NCBI GenBank assembly: GCA_004431415.1
Contig: QPMI01000027.1
Location: 44,153-108,152, forward strand
DNA: 64,000 bases
Origin: Cyanophora paradoxa CCMP329
Lineage: Eukaryota > Plantae > Glaucophyta
Reading direction: 5' to 3'
Made by a program: the position numbers and the translations under genes
Notes under the pieces: model-generated
What the model saw: the letters and a program-made list of their open reading frames with translations, nothing else
Database searches by the model: none
What the model was told of the DNA's origin: nothing
Part shown: positions 34,601-46,546 of the stretch, in pieces
How the letters are laid out: each line of letters starts with the position of its first letter
Position numbering within the stretch: the first letter of the stretch is position 1

Positions 34601-37436
34601 AGGGGCACGCGGGGCGCCAGGCCGGGCCGGCCGGGCGTGGAGGCGTTGGCGCCCGTGGCGGGGGCGCCCTGGGGGCCCTGGGCGCCCCGGGGCCGCTTCT
34701 TGAAGCGCTGGACGAGGCGCGCGAACTGCGGCAGCGCCTTCTCCGTGCGGGCCTGCGGGAGCGCGGTGAGCCCGCCACAAGCGCCGGCGGCCCCGGAGGC
34801 TGCCCTGCACGCGCACCCGGACGCTCTCCTGCAGGCGGACCTCGTCGGGCGCCAGGGCGCGCGCCCCCGGCGGCAGGTCCGCCCGCAGCCCGTCCTGCGT
34901 CATGTACACCTGCGCGGGGGGGGTCAACGTCGCCCGCCGTCTGGGGGCGGGCAGGAAACGCGGCTGCCCCACCTCCCCGATGGCCGGCGACTCGTCGGCG
35001 CGGCGGTCCTCCTGCGCGCCGCAGCCCTCAGCAAAGCACATGCAGCGCGGGGGCGGGCGTGAGGAAGGCGGGGCGCAGCGCACGGGGCCGTAGCGGTCGT
35101 TGTGGAGGGCGCGCAGGGACGGCTCCCCCGTGGCGAGGTCGAAGAACTCGTGCGGGCGCACCAGCTGGATGCGAACCTGCGCGGAGGTGAGGGGCGGGAG
35201 AGGAGGGCGGGGATGGGGCGGGGCGGACGGCGCCGGCGGCGTCGCGGGCGGCGAGGCGGAGCTCGTCAACGTCCACGTGCGCGCCCTTCGTCCGCTGGCC
35301 CCACCACGCCACGAACACCCGGTAGCTGGCCCCCGCCCCGCCCCCGCTCAGGCCCCCGCGGCGCCTCCAGACGCCCGGCGGGAAGCAGGGCGGGGCGCAC
35401 TTGTGGTTGCGGAGGAGGCGGACGGCGCGAAGGTACTGGAGGACGATCGTCGCGTTGTCCAGCGAGCCGGCGTCCGGGCACAGCCACACCTGCGGTTCCT
35501 CGCCTCTCTGAGAGGGCGCCGCCCCGGCAGGGGGCGGGAAGGAGCGCCTCGTCGGGGTCCTCGTAGCGGAGGATGGCGCGGAGGGTCTGCGGCGACCCCG
35601 CGAAGTCGCCCCCGTGCCCGCTGCCCCGAAACAGGCTCGACGGGAGGGGCGCGCGGGGGGGGGGGGGGGGGGGGGGGGGGGGAAGGAGGGAGGCGTCGGT
35701 TACACACATGCCGGCGCCAACGAAGAGCAGACCGAAGTGCGAGGCGGCCACGAACGACTTCACGATGCCCTCGCTCAGGCACGCGACCTGCCGGGGGTAC
35801 AGGTCGGGCTGGGGAGAGGGGGGCCGATGGGGGAAGAAGCGGGCCTTGACGAGACGGCGAGTGGCAGGGCAGACAAGGGTCGAGGGGGGTACGGCGTCCG
35901 CCTCCCCCTCCTCCAGCATGGTGCGCCACACAGCGAGGGGCGTCTCCTGCGGCGAAAAGGTCGAAAAGAACGCGGGAGTAGGGGCAAGGGGTGTGAGGGA
36001 GGGCGTGAACCCCGTTCTGGTGCAGGCGGTAGCACGGCTTTTCGTTCTTCTTGCCGGGGGTATCATATTTGGGATCTCCGAGGGGGAGCCTGCGGCGGCG
36101 CGGGGCTCAGGGGGGGCGCGGGGCGGACCCCAGGGGTACGCGCACATGATGATGCACGTGTTTATGTTGCCGTGCACGTCGAGCACGGGGAAGAAGACTG
36201 CCGGGCCCTGACGTCCGGCGTGAGCCCAGGAGAGGGGTTGCGGGAGGGGTTACCCCGTTCGGAATGCCGTGGTGCACGATTGTCTTCCGCCGCTCGTCGA
36301 TGAGTACCCCCGGCAGGTAAGGGTCCACGTGAGCGTGGGCCGGGACCGGCTGCGGGGAGGGAGTCGGCTGGCCGGGAGCGGGCGAGGGGCGGCGGCGGGG
36401 CCGCCGGGGCGGGGCGGAGGGGTAGGCGCCTCGAGGGCCGGCCAGGTCTTGATGTGGTGCCAGCCCTGTACGCGCTGCATCCACTTCCAGGAGCAGCCGC
36501 GGGCCCGCATCGCGATCTTCCCGACCTGGGCGAACGTTCGCCCGCCCGGCTCGAATGGCGGGGCGGGGCGGGGCGCGGGGCGCGGGGGCGCGCGCCTCGT
36601 TGAGGCCGAGCTGCGAGAGGAGGCGGATGTACATCTCGTGGCGCTCGGGCTCCGGGATGAGCTCGCCCTGCGCGATGCGGGCCGAGGGCCGGCGCCCCGA
36701 CGAGAGGATCTTGATGAACTTGTTCTCGTGGGAGCCCGTGTCGGGGATCCGCGACATCTGCTCCCGCACTTCCCGCACCATCTCGATCACCTGCGGCACC
36801 TCCAGGCGCTCCTCTGCGCAGGATTCGATCCGGGCAGGGCGCCGGGCGGCACTGAGCTTCACTCACTTTCGCGCCGTTTGTCCTTGCAGTCGTTGTCGCG
36901 ACACAGCTCCAGCATGTAGTTCGAGTGGACGAACACTTCGCACACGCTGTCCATCGTGTTGTGCCTTTTGGGCGGGTTCGAGAAGCAGTCTGCGTCAGGC
37001 GATGTCAGTGGTGCGCAGCGGCGCGATGCGCGTCCGAACGACGGAGCGCACATGCTTCTGGCACCGAGCGGAAGTAGTAGCGAAGCTTCCCCTGCCCGCG
37101 CTCCGCATCAGCCGCGAGCGCTTGTTACGTGCGGCGGCGCTGCAGGGGCGGGGCAGTGACCGCGAGCGGGTTGAAATGAACTTCCTTCGCTTTGAGATCG
37201 AAGAAGTTGCAGGGCGGCAGGCCGGCACGCTGGCGCTTGCATTGCAGCTCGTGCTTCAGCCGAAAACCGATGTCTTTCACTAGCTCGAGAAATTGATCCG
37301 GGAGCGCGTCGACGAACTTGCCCTCGCGCTTGAGCTCGTCGGGGTTGGGCTCTGCCGGCCAGCGGGGCGCTTCCGGTGCACGCTCATCGGCGGAGGCCCG
37401 TGAGTGCGACGGCCCGCTGGGTCCTGGCAGCACCAT
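25698..37436 (-). CDS. Dicer-like protein: Zn-finger/primase-TOPRIM N-terminus, long disordered linker, platform-PAZ-connector, RNase IIIa, degenerate RNase IIIb, helical C-terminus (many exons)
   Basis: RIIIa: LLRQALTHAS..NE|RLEHLGDAVL..MLGDAVEAVI|GALFL. RIIIb: HGRLVFLGDGV|RKFLLTAHLYF..VGD|ALLAV. Platform/PAZ-like: PLYLHRVEF, FSPEQIRVLSDFQ, CFVVPAF..EEVDFEAL, WYRSRARALEYAELPPL, LAEALPLVFW. TOPRIM: CLSEGIVKS, WLCPDAGS, AWWGQRTK..DVDEL. The single-gene model is inferred from an uninterrupted same-strand exon chain. Confidence 0.7.
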
Positions 37437-37530
37437 GTCGACGTCGCCTCAACAAAGCCAACACATCGGATCGGATCGGTGGCTCTGCCTTGGCTCGCCA
37501 GGCTCGCCTGATCGATGCGTCTACCCCCCG

Positions 37531-38752
37531 ATGTGGAGCGCCGACGAGTCCCAGGATCCCGATCCGTTCTTTGAGGCGGCCGATGATGCGGAGGTGCCAG
37601 CACCAGCGTTCGCACCCGCGGCACCGGAGCCCGGCGCTAGCGCGGACCCGAGCGACGTCGATGTCTCGCGGGACGACGTGCGTGCACTAGCGGCGCCTAT
37701 GTTCGGCGCGCGATGATGGCGCTATATCTCGCAGATCATCGCCCGCATCGAGGCCCTGACAGAAGGCGTCGTTCGCGGCTTGCTTGGCGGTCAACTCTTT
37801 GCGCTCAGAATCGTCCGCCGAGCGCGCGCGCGCGCACGATTGAGAGATTCCTTTCGCGGTGCCGTTGACCAATGCGCCAGCCTCTGCGGAACAGGGGAAA
37901 CGTGCAGCTCCGGCAGGAGGGCGGATACCAACTGGGCCAGGCGGTGCGCGCGAGCTCTGGGCCCGAGTCGCCCTCTCCTCCTGTCCCTGACACGCGCTGA
38001 CGACGAGCGCGCAAAGACGAAGCTCGTCGAGTGCAGCCCGAGCAACGCCGCCCATTACGTGAAGTGTACGCGGTGTTTTCCCGAGCGCTTTCCAGGCGCC
38101 GGCTCGCACATGCATCGGAGTCGGATGCTTCGAATTCGACAGATTGGAAGGTCCTGGACGCGATTGTGCGGCTGCTCCGGAGCGGGAAGAAGGCTGCGCA
38201 GCGGGACCTGTGTGAGCTTTCCCAACCCGCTGCCCGTAGGATGAATTCGGATTGGACTGTGACCCCGCGCCCTGCCCAGACTACATGCTCGTCGACTCGT
38301 TCCGGAGCCAAACCGAGATCAACGAGATCGTCCAAGGTGCGCGCGCAGCTGCAGGCGTTTAAGGAGAATGTGGCACGGTGCGGTTCCCAACTTCCTGGCC
38401 GCCGGTGGAGACCTCGCGGCGATGCTGCGGTGCTCGCGGCACGCCCTCGGGATCGTCGCGAGCTCCCGCGGCTTCGTAGCCGGCCGCCTCCTCTGGCGGG
38501 CGCGCCGCACCACCGAGCTTCCCCTTCCCCCTTCCCCTCCACCCGCCTCGACGTTCCCCGCAGGACGACCCCGACTCTTCCTGGGTCGACTGCTCGCGCC
38601 TGGGTACCCCCTCTCCAGCGGCCGCCCCGGGCCTGGCATGTGAAGCCTCCACCCGCAGGCGCCACGGGCCGGGCCATCCCCGGCGACCTCGACCTCATTC
38701 GCGGCGCCGAGTGCGATCCCAGTACCCCTGCCCGCAACGCGACGTACCCCCT
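37531..38752 (+). pseudogene. SPO11: 5' fragment of SPO11-2 truncated by the duplication junction
   Basis: Identical to the first exons of 41338-43565 (includes QRDL|YY) and cut inside an intron before the TOPRIM domain. Confidence 0.85.
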
Positions 38753-41243
38753 CAACGTCGCCCGCCGTCTGGGGGCGGGCAGGAAACGCGGCTGCCCCAC
38801 CTCCCCGATGGCCGGCGACTCGTCGGCGCGGCGGTCCTCCTGCGCGCCGCAGCCCTCAGCAAAGCACATGCAGCGCGGGGGCGGGCGTGAGGAAGGCGGG
38901 GCGCAGCGCACGGGGCCGTAGCGGTCGTTGTGGAGGGCGCGCAGGGACGGCTCCCCCGTGGCGAGGTCGAAGAACTCGTGCGGGCGCACCAGCTGGATGC
39001 GAACCTGCGCGGAGGTGAGGGGCGGGAGAGGAGGGCGGGGATGGGGCGGGGCGGACGGCGCCGGCGGCGTCGCGGGCGGCGAGGCGGAGCTCGTCAACGT
39101 CCACGTGCGCGCCCTTCGTCCGCTGGCCCCACCACGCCACGAACACCCGGTAGCTGGCCCCCGCCCCGCCCCCGCTCAGGCCCCCGCGGCGCCTCCAGAC
39201 GCCCGGCGGGAAGCAGGGCGGGGCGCACTTGTGGTTGCGGAGGAGGCGGACGGCGCGAAGGTACTGGAGGACGATCGTCGCGTTGTCCAGCGAGCCGGCG
39301 TCCGGGCACAGCCACACCTGCGGTTCCTCGCCTCTCTGAGAGGGCGCCGCCCCGGCAGGGGGCGGGAAGGAGCGCCTCGTCGGGGTCCTCGTAGCGGAGG
39401 ATGGCGCGGAGGGTCTGCGGCGACCCCGCGAAGTCGCCCCCGTGCCCGCTGCCCCGAAACAGGCTCGACGGGAGGGCGCGCGGGGGGGGGGGGGGGGGGG
39501 GGGGAAGGAGGGAGGCGTCGGTTACACACATGCCGGCGCCAACGAAGAGCAGACCGAAGTGCGAGGCGGCCACGAACGACTTCACGATGCCCTCGCTCAG
39601 GCACGCGACCTGCCGGGGTACAGGTCGGGCTGGGGAGAGGGGCCGATGGGGAAGAAGCGGGCCTTGACGAGACGGCGAGTGGCAGGGCAGACAAGGGTCG
39701 AGGGGGGTACGGCGTCCGCCTCCCCTCCTCCAGCATGGTGCGCCACACAGCGAGGGCGTCTCCTGCGGCGAAAAGGTCGAAAAGAACGCGGGAGTAGGGG
39801 CAAGGGGTGTGAGGGAGGGCGTGAACCCCGTTCTGGTGCAGGCGGTAGCACGGCTTTTCGTTCTTCTTGCCGGGGGTATCATATTTGGGATCTCCGAGGG
39901 GGAGCCTGCGGCGGCGCGGGGCTCAGGGGGGGCGCGGGGCGGACCCCAGGGGTACGCGCACATGATGATGCACGTGTTTATGTTGCCGTGCACGTCGAGC
40001 ACGGGGAAGAAGACTGCCGGGCCCTGACGTCCGGCGTGAGCCCAGGAGAGGGTTGCGGGAGGGGTTACCCCGTTCGGAATGCCGTGGTGCACGATTGTCT
40101 TCCGCCGCTCGTCGATGAGTACCCCGGCAGGTAAGGGTCCACGTGAGCGTGGGCCGGGACCGGCTGCGGGAGGGAGTCGGCTGGCCGGGAGCGGGCGAGG
40201 GCGGCGGCGGGGCCGCCGGGGCGGGCGGAGGGGTAGGCGCCTCGAGGGCCGGCCAGGTCTTGATGTGGTGCCAGCCCTGTACGCGCTGCATCCACTTCCA
40301 GGAGCAGCCGCGGGCCCGCATCGCGATCTTCCCGACCTGGGCGAACGTTCGCCCGCCCGGCTCGAATGGCGGGGCGGGCGGGGCGCGGGGCGCGGGGGCG
40401 CGCGCCTCGTTGAGGCCGAGCTGCGAGAGGAGGCGGATGTACATCTCGTGGCGCTCGGGCTCCGGGATGAGCTCGCCCTGCGCGATGCGGCCGAGGGCCG
40501 GCGCCCGACGAGAGGATCTTGATGAACTTGTTCTCGTGGGAGCCCGTGTCGGGATCCGCGACATCTGCTCCCGCACTTCCCGCACCATCTCGATCACCTG
40601 CGGCACCTCCAGGCGCTCCTCTGCGCAGGATTCGATCCGGGCAGGGCGCCGGGCGGCACTGAGCTTCACTCACTTTCGCGCCGTTTGTCCTTGCAGTCGT
40701 TGTCGCGACACAGCTCCAGCATGTAGTTCGAGTGGACGAACACTTCGCACACGCTGTCCATCGTGTTGTGCCTTTTGGGCGGGTTCGAGAAGCAGTCTGC
40801 GTCAGGCGATGTCAGTGGTGCGCAGCGGCGCGATGCGCGTCCGAACGACGGAGCGCACATGCTTCTGGCACCGAGCGGAAGTAGTAGCGAAGCTTCCCCT
40901 GCCCGCGCTCCGCATCAGCCGCGAGCGCTTGTTACGTGCGGCGGCGCTGCAGGGGCGGGGCAGTGACCGCGAGCGGGTTGAAATGAACTTCCTTCGCTTT
41001 GAGATCGAAGAAGTTGCAGGGCGGCAGGCCGGCACGCTGGCGCTTGCATTGCAGCTCGTGCTTCAGCCGAAAACCGATGTCTTTCACTAGCTCGAGAAAT
41101 TGATCCGGGAGCGCGTCGACGAACTTGCCCTCGCGCTTGAGCTCGTCGGGGTTGGGCTCTGCCGGCCAGCGGGGCGCTTCCGGTGCACGCTCATCGGCGG
41201 AGGCCCGTGAGTGCGACGGCCCGCTGGGTCCTGGCAGCACCAT
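38752..41243 (-). pseudogene. Duplicated 5' part of the Dicer-like gene (Zn-finger + primase/TOPRIM module only)
   Basis: Copy of 34924-37436 with frameshifting 1-bp deletions around 39480-40560. Confidence 0.75.
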
Positions 41244-41337
41244 GTCGACGTCGCCTCAACAAAGCCAACACATCGGATCGGATCGGTGGCTCTGCCTTGG
41301 CTCGCCAGGCTCGCCTGATCGATGCGTCTACCCCCCG

Positions 41338-43565
41338 ATGTGGAGCGCCGACGAGTCCCAGGATCCCGATCCGTTCTTTGAGGCGGCCGATGATGCGGAG
41401 GTGCCAGCACCAGCGTTCGCACCCGCGGCACCGGAGCCCGGCGCTAGCGCGGACCCGAGCGACGTCGATGTCTCGCGGGACGACGTGCGTGCACTAGCGG
41501 CGCCTATGTTCGGCGCGCGATGATGGCGCTATATCTCGCAGATCATCGCCCGCATCGAGGCCCTGACAGAAGGCGTCGTTCGCGGCTTGCTTGGCGGTCA
41601 ACTCTTTGCGCTCAGAATCGTCCGCCGAGCGCGCGCGCGCGCACGATTGAGAGATTCCTTTCGCGGTGCCGTTGACCAATGCGCCAGCCTCTGCGGAACA
41701 GGGGAAACGTGCAGCTCCGGCAGGAGGGCGGATACCAACTGGGCCAGGCGGTGCGCGCGAGCTCTGGGCCCGAGTCGCCCTCTCCTCCTGTCCCTGACAC
41801 GCGCTGACGACGAGCGCGCAAAGACGAAGCTCGTCGAGTGCAGCCCGAGCAACGCCGCCCATTACGTGAAGTGTACGCGGTGTTTTCCCGAGCGCTTTCC
41901 AGGCGCCGGCTCGCACATGCATCGGAGTCGGATGCTTCGAATTCGACAGATTGGAAGGTCCTGGACGCGATTGTGCGGCTGCTCCGGAGCGGGAAGAAGG
42001 CTGCGCAGCGGGACCTGTGTGAGCTTTCCCAACCCGCTGCCCGTAGGATGAATTCGGATTGGACTGTGACCCCGCGCCCTGCCCAGACTACATGCTCGTC
42101 GACTCGTTCCGGAGCCAAACCGAGATCAACGAGATCGTCCAAGGTGCGCGCGCAGCTGCAGGCGTTTAAGGAGAATGTGGCACGGTGCGGTTCCCAACTT
42201 CCTGGCCGCCGGTGGAGACCTCGCGGCGATGCTGCGGTGCTCGCGGCACGCCCTCGGGATCGTCGCGAGCTCCCGCGGCTTCGTAGCCGGCCGCCTCCTC
42301 TGGCGGGCGCGCCGCACCACCGAGCTTCCCCTTCCCCCTTCCCCTCCACCCGCCTCGACGTTCCCCGCAGGACGACCCCGACTCTTCCTGGGTCGACTGC
42401 TCGCGCCTGGGTACCCCCTCTCCAGCGGCCGCCCCGGGCCTGGCATGTGAAGCCTCCACCCGCAGGCGCCACGGGCCGGGCCATCCCCGGCGACCTCGAC
42501 CTCATTCGCGGCGCCGAGTGCGATCCCAGTACCCCTGCCCGCAACGCGACGTACCCCCTAACCTTGAAAATTGCAGGCTCGACGTGCAGGACGCGCGGTG
42601 CCTCGTCGTCGTCGAGAAGGACGGCATTTTCCGTACCCCCGACCCCGCCGTCGCGCTCGCGTACCCCGCGCCCGCTTATTTACCGTACCCAGAGTGGCTG
42701 TCCGAAGAGCGCTTCTTCGAGAGCGTCCCCTGCATCCTCGTCACGGGCAAGGCGAGCCGTACCCCGTCCCTTCTCGGCATTCTCGCATACCCTTTTATCG
42801 CGGAACAGGGGTACCCCGACCTCGCCACGCGGTGCACTGGCCTGGGTCTAGTCCGCGCTCGCTGTGAGCCTCTTTCTGATCGGGACCGGCTTTGCCTTCG
42901 GGCAGCGCTCTCGTGCACCGGTGAGACTCTACGGACCCCCCGAACCTTGCAGTGCCACGCCCGTCCGACGCACCCCCCGCAGCCTCCACTCCGAGTTCGG
43001 ACTGCCCGTCCTCGGCCTGGCCGACTACAACCCGTGCGCGTACCCCCTTGAGCCTCAACTCTTCCCCATCTTTATCTGGACGTGCAGCCACGGCCTCCAG
43101 CTGTTGCTTACGTACAAGCTGGGAAGCGCCCGCATGGGCCACGAAGCCTTCCGCTTCGGCGCGTACCCCCGCCAGGCTCGTCTCCCTGCCCCTCAAGATC
43201 TGAGCTCTTGCGTGCAGTCGTTGACTTGAAGTGGGTGGGCCTTCGGGGGGACGACCTATGGGACCTGGGGCTGCCCCCGGAGTGCTCCCAGCCGCTCTCG
43301 GACAGGGACCGCCGCGCGGCGCGCCTGCTCCTCGCCACGCCCTTCGTGCAATCGAGCCCGGCGCACCGGGACGAGGTGGAGCGCATGCTCGAGGGCGGCA
43401 GAAAGGCGCGCCGGGCGGGGCCCGCAGCAAGCCCCAGCGGCCCCACTTTTTGAACAATTTCGTTCCGATTCGCAGGTGGAGCTGCAGGCGCTGCACTCGA
43501 AGGGGTACGGCTTCCTCGGGAACGAGTACCTCAAGCCCCGGATCCTCCACGGCGCGTACATCTAG
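41338..43565 (+). CDS. SPO11: Meiotic recombination protein SPO11 (SPO11-2 type), spliced
   Basis: AAQRDL|YYMLV (catalytic Tyr), LGIVASSRGFVAG, LVVVEKDGIF, PCILVTGK|GYPDLATR, GLADYNP|HGLQLLLTYKLGSARMGHEA, VELQAL; ends HGAYI* (TAG 43563-43565). Confidence 0.95.
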
Positions 43566-43797
43566 GCCAGGCCAGCGTGGGCCATGTGTTCCAATTGCAA
43601 TTGCAAGTCCCGCCGCTCGCGGCCGGCCCCGATAGCCCCGCTTGCTGCCTGCCCGGGCGGCCAGCCGGCCCCCATGCAACCCATGCCCGACGCACGCGCC
43701 TCTCGGGGGTGACAAGCGAGGGGGTGATCGATTGAATCAGAAGCGGGCGGGGCGCCCACGTATGCCGAAGGTCGAGTCAGCGCGCCGCGGGGGCCGC

Positions 43798-45135
43798 CTA
43801 CAGCTTCTGGGCGGCCTCCTTGGCGAGCGCCTTCTTGCGCGCGTCCTCCGCGTGCTGGTGCTTGATGCCCATGACACCTGCGTGCCCGCGCACGGTGGTT
43901 CAGCGACCCGCGCGCCCCGCGAGCTCAGCTCCGGCTCCCATGCGCACCGCCGCCCCAGTGACGGCGCATCTCGTCGTAGCGCTCGTTGAAGTTGGCGCGG
44001 ACGGCCTCGAGGAGCTTGGTGAAGTCAGCCTTGTCCTGCGTGGCGCGCGAGCGAGTGAGCCGCAGTTTTGGGCGCAGCGGGGCGGGAGCGCGGCCAACCT
44101 CGTTCTTGATCTGGGTGAAGGCAACCGCGGTGGCGGTCTTCTTGTGCACCAGCTGGCCGAGGCGCGACTTGCCCTTGACAATCACGTAGGGGATGTCGAA
44201 CTTCTTGCAGAGGGCCGGGAGGAAGATCACGAGCTGCACATCGCGTGCATCGATCAGAGAGAGGTGCCGGAAAAGGAAATGGAACACTGGGCTGCGGAAT
44301 ACGCCTTGCTCGAAGCGGGGAGGGTCCCGGGCCGCGCACCTCGATCGGGTCGACATCGTGGGCGATGACGACGAGGGTGGCTTTCTTCTGCTCGATGAGG
44401 GTGGTGATGTGGTTGATGCCGTACTTCAGGACGATCGGCTTCTTGCTCTTGTCCTCAGCCTTGCCGGCCGCCTTGTCCTCGGCCGCCTTCTTCAGGCGCT
44501 CCTTCTTCGCCGCCTTGTCCTCAGGCTTGTACTTGGTGGCAAGCTTGAAGAGCTGGAGGGCTGCGGGGCGGGGGCTCGGTCAGCGGGGCGGCGGCGGGCG
44601 CGATCATCGCCCGGCGCGATGCGCGGGGAGGCGGCTGGATCGCCGCTGGCGGCGTGCCGCCTACGCTCTGAGCATGCTCCCCCACAAGCTAGCACGTGCT
44701 GGGTCTCCAGGACGAACCGAGGCTCTTGTCCGCGGTGCGGGTGAACTGGGCAATCGCCGGGGGCACCTTCAGGCGCTGCAGGAGCACCTTGCGCTGCCGC
44801 TGGAGGCGAATGTACTTGGGCCACTTCACGAAGCGGCTGACATCGCGCTTCGGCTGGATCTGGTTGCCGATGCCGTAGTTGCGGCTGCGCTTCTCGATAA
44901 GCGGGTTCTTGGACTCCGCCTCCGGCTTCTTGGTGCGCGCATCGTACGGCGCGGGCGCCGGCTTCTTGGACTTCGGCGCCTTCGGCTGCGAGGCGCCTCT
45001 ATGGTCAGCAGCGGAATCGCGAGCGTGCACAGCGCCCGCGCGCGCGGGACCCGCGCGGTACAGCTAGATCTAGGGATTGAAGCCCTAAGGCGCTCCCTCG
45101 GGCCCCCAGCGCGCTCCAGCGCCAGCACACACCAT
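43798..45135 (-). CDS. RPL7A: 60S ribosomal protein L7a (eL8), spliced
   Basis: [102 protein letters not shown]. First exon is the ATG alone. Confidence 0.98.
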
Positions 45136-45436
45136 TTTTGATCCCCCTCTGCACTAACTCTTTCACGTAGCCCGGTCCGGGGGGGGGGCAATCCAGAGGC
45201 GATGCCTTTCGCGATGCCTCGAGGCGATGCCTTCTCCTCGAGCTCTCTCCTCTCGCGAGGCGATGCCTTTTCCTCGAGCTCTCTTCATTCGAGGCGATGC
45301 GGGACAGGCGCGCCGTCGCACGGGCCCTTTGGCACGACCCGGAGGCCCTGCAGCGCGATGGGTGGTGCGCGTGCGCGCGCGCGCGCGCAGCGCGGAGAAG
45401 TGTGCATGACGCATGCGCAGCGCCGAGCTCAGGGTG

Positions 45437-46409
45437 ATGGGTCATGTGCTGGCGTTCCTGTCCGCCTTCCTCGCCACGCTGCCGGTGTCGTTCTTCGCGA
45501 CTCATGATCAGCCGGCGCTCACGTTTCTCTTCGTCTTCTTCGACTGCACGGTCGACCGGCGGCCGTACCACGTCCCCGACTTCCCTCGGCCGGACATCTT
45601 GATCGTCTGGTTCGACCGTGTCGTTGTGGTCGAGGTCGACGAGTTGCAGCACGGGATCTGGAACGGCTTCGCCCACCTGGGGAGCTACCTGTTTGCAAAG
45701 GAGGAGGCAAGGGAGCGCCTCGCCCGAGTTGTATTCGCGCATCTCACCCGCCCGGACCTGCAACACCAGCATCCCGCATCTCCTACACGCCCTGCGGAAC
45801 GCCCTGACGACCCGCATCGACCACGTAAGACGACGTAAGAGAGACCCTGCGCATGCGAAACGCCCTGACAACGACCAGGTCCCGCGGCGCTTCGAGCTGG
45901 GCTACAACGATATGGAGCGCTTCCCTCCTGGTCTGGAGTTCATCGACTACGAGCGCCTGAAGCGTCTGAGGGAAAAGTTCGAGCGCGGGCCGGCTGAGCT
46001 GCAACGGGAGCTGGAGGATCAGCTGGCGAGTCAGGCAGCGGCGGCGGCGGCGGCGGAGCGCGAGCGGGCAGCGGCGGCGGCGGAGCGCGAGCGGGCGGCG
46101 GCGGCGGAGCGCGAGCGCGAGTGGGCGGCGGCGCGGGCGGCGGTGGCGGAGCGCGCGCGCGAGCGCGAGCGCGAGTGGGCGGCGGCGCGGGCGGCGGCGG
46201 CGGAGCGCGAGCGGGCGGCGGCGGCGGAGCGCGCGCGCGAGCGCGAGCGGGCGGCGGCGGCGGAGCGCGAGCGGGCGGCCGCGCGGGCGGCCGCCGGGCG
46301 GCCAGGGGTGATGCGCCGGGTCCCGGACTTCCATCGGGGCTCGCTTAGTTACGGGAGACCCGTCCCCCCTGGAACTGATCTTGCGCTCAGCCGTAGACAC
46401 ATGCGGTAG
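45437..46409 (+). CDS. Intronless PD-(D/E)xK/Vsr-like endonuclease with Ala/Glu/Arg helical tail; one frameshift near 45738
   Basis: RPDILIVWFDRVVVVEVDELQH..Y..KEEARE..VF[A]RISP matches the RPD..EVDE.QH..FIRFNP pattern seen in large DNA virus nucleases. Restoring 2 bp joins it to the 45618-46409 frame. Confidence 0.6.
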
Positions 46410-46546
46410 ACCTAGAAATGCACACCTGCGGTAGACCTAGAAATGCACACTCCAAGCCCGGTTCCCAACTTTGCCAAGCCAGGCCGCCAGCTTCGGACCG
46501 GAGCGGCTAGAGCATTCGAGCTTGAGCACCCCGCCAGCGAGAAGCG

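Larger units (their letters stand above)
34924..42559. repeat. Tandem duplication of ~3.8 kb (34924-38752, 38752-42559)
   Basis: Junction GTACCCCC-T-CAACGTCG at 38752 with 1-bp microhomology. Copy 2 is about 21 bp shorter through scattered single-base deletions. Confidence 0.95.

Noticed and set aside
43798-45135. Intronic snoRNAs in RPL7A (as in vertebrates)
   Set aside because: No convincing C box/D box pair with a terminal stem; the CTGA hits coincide with branch points.
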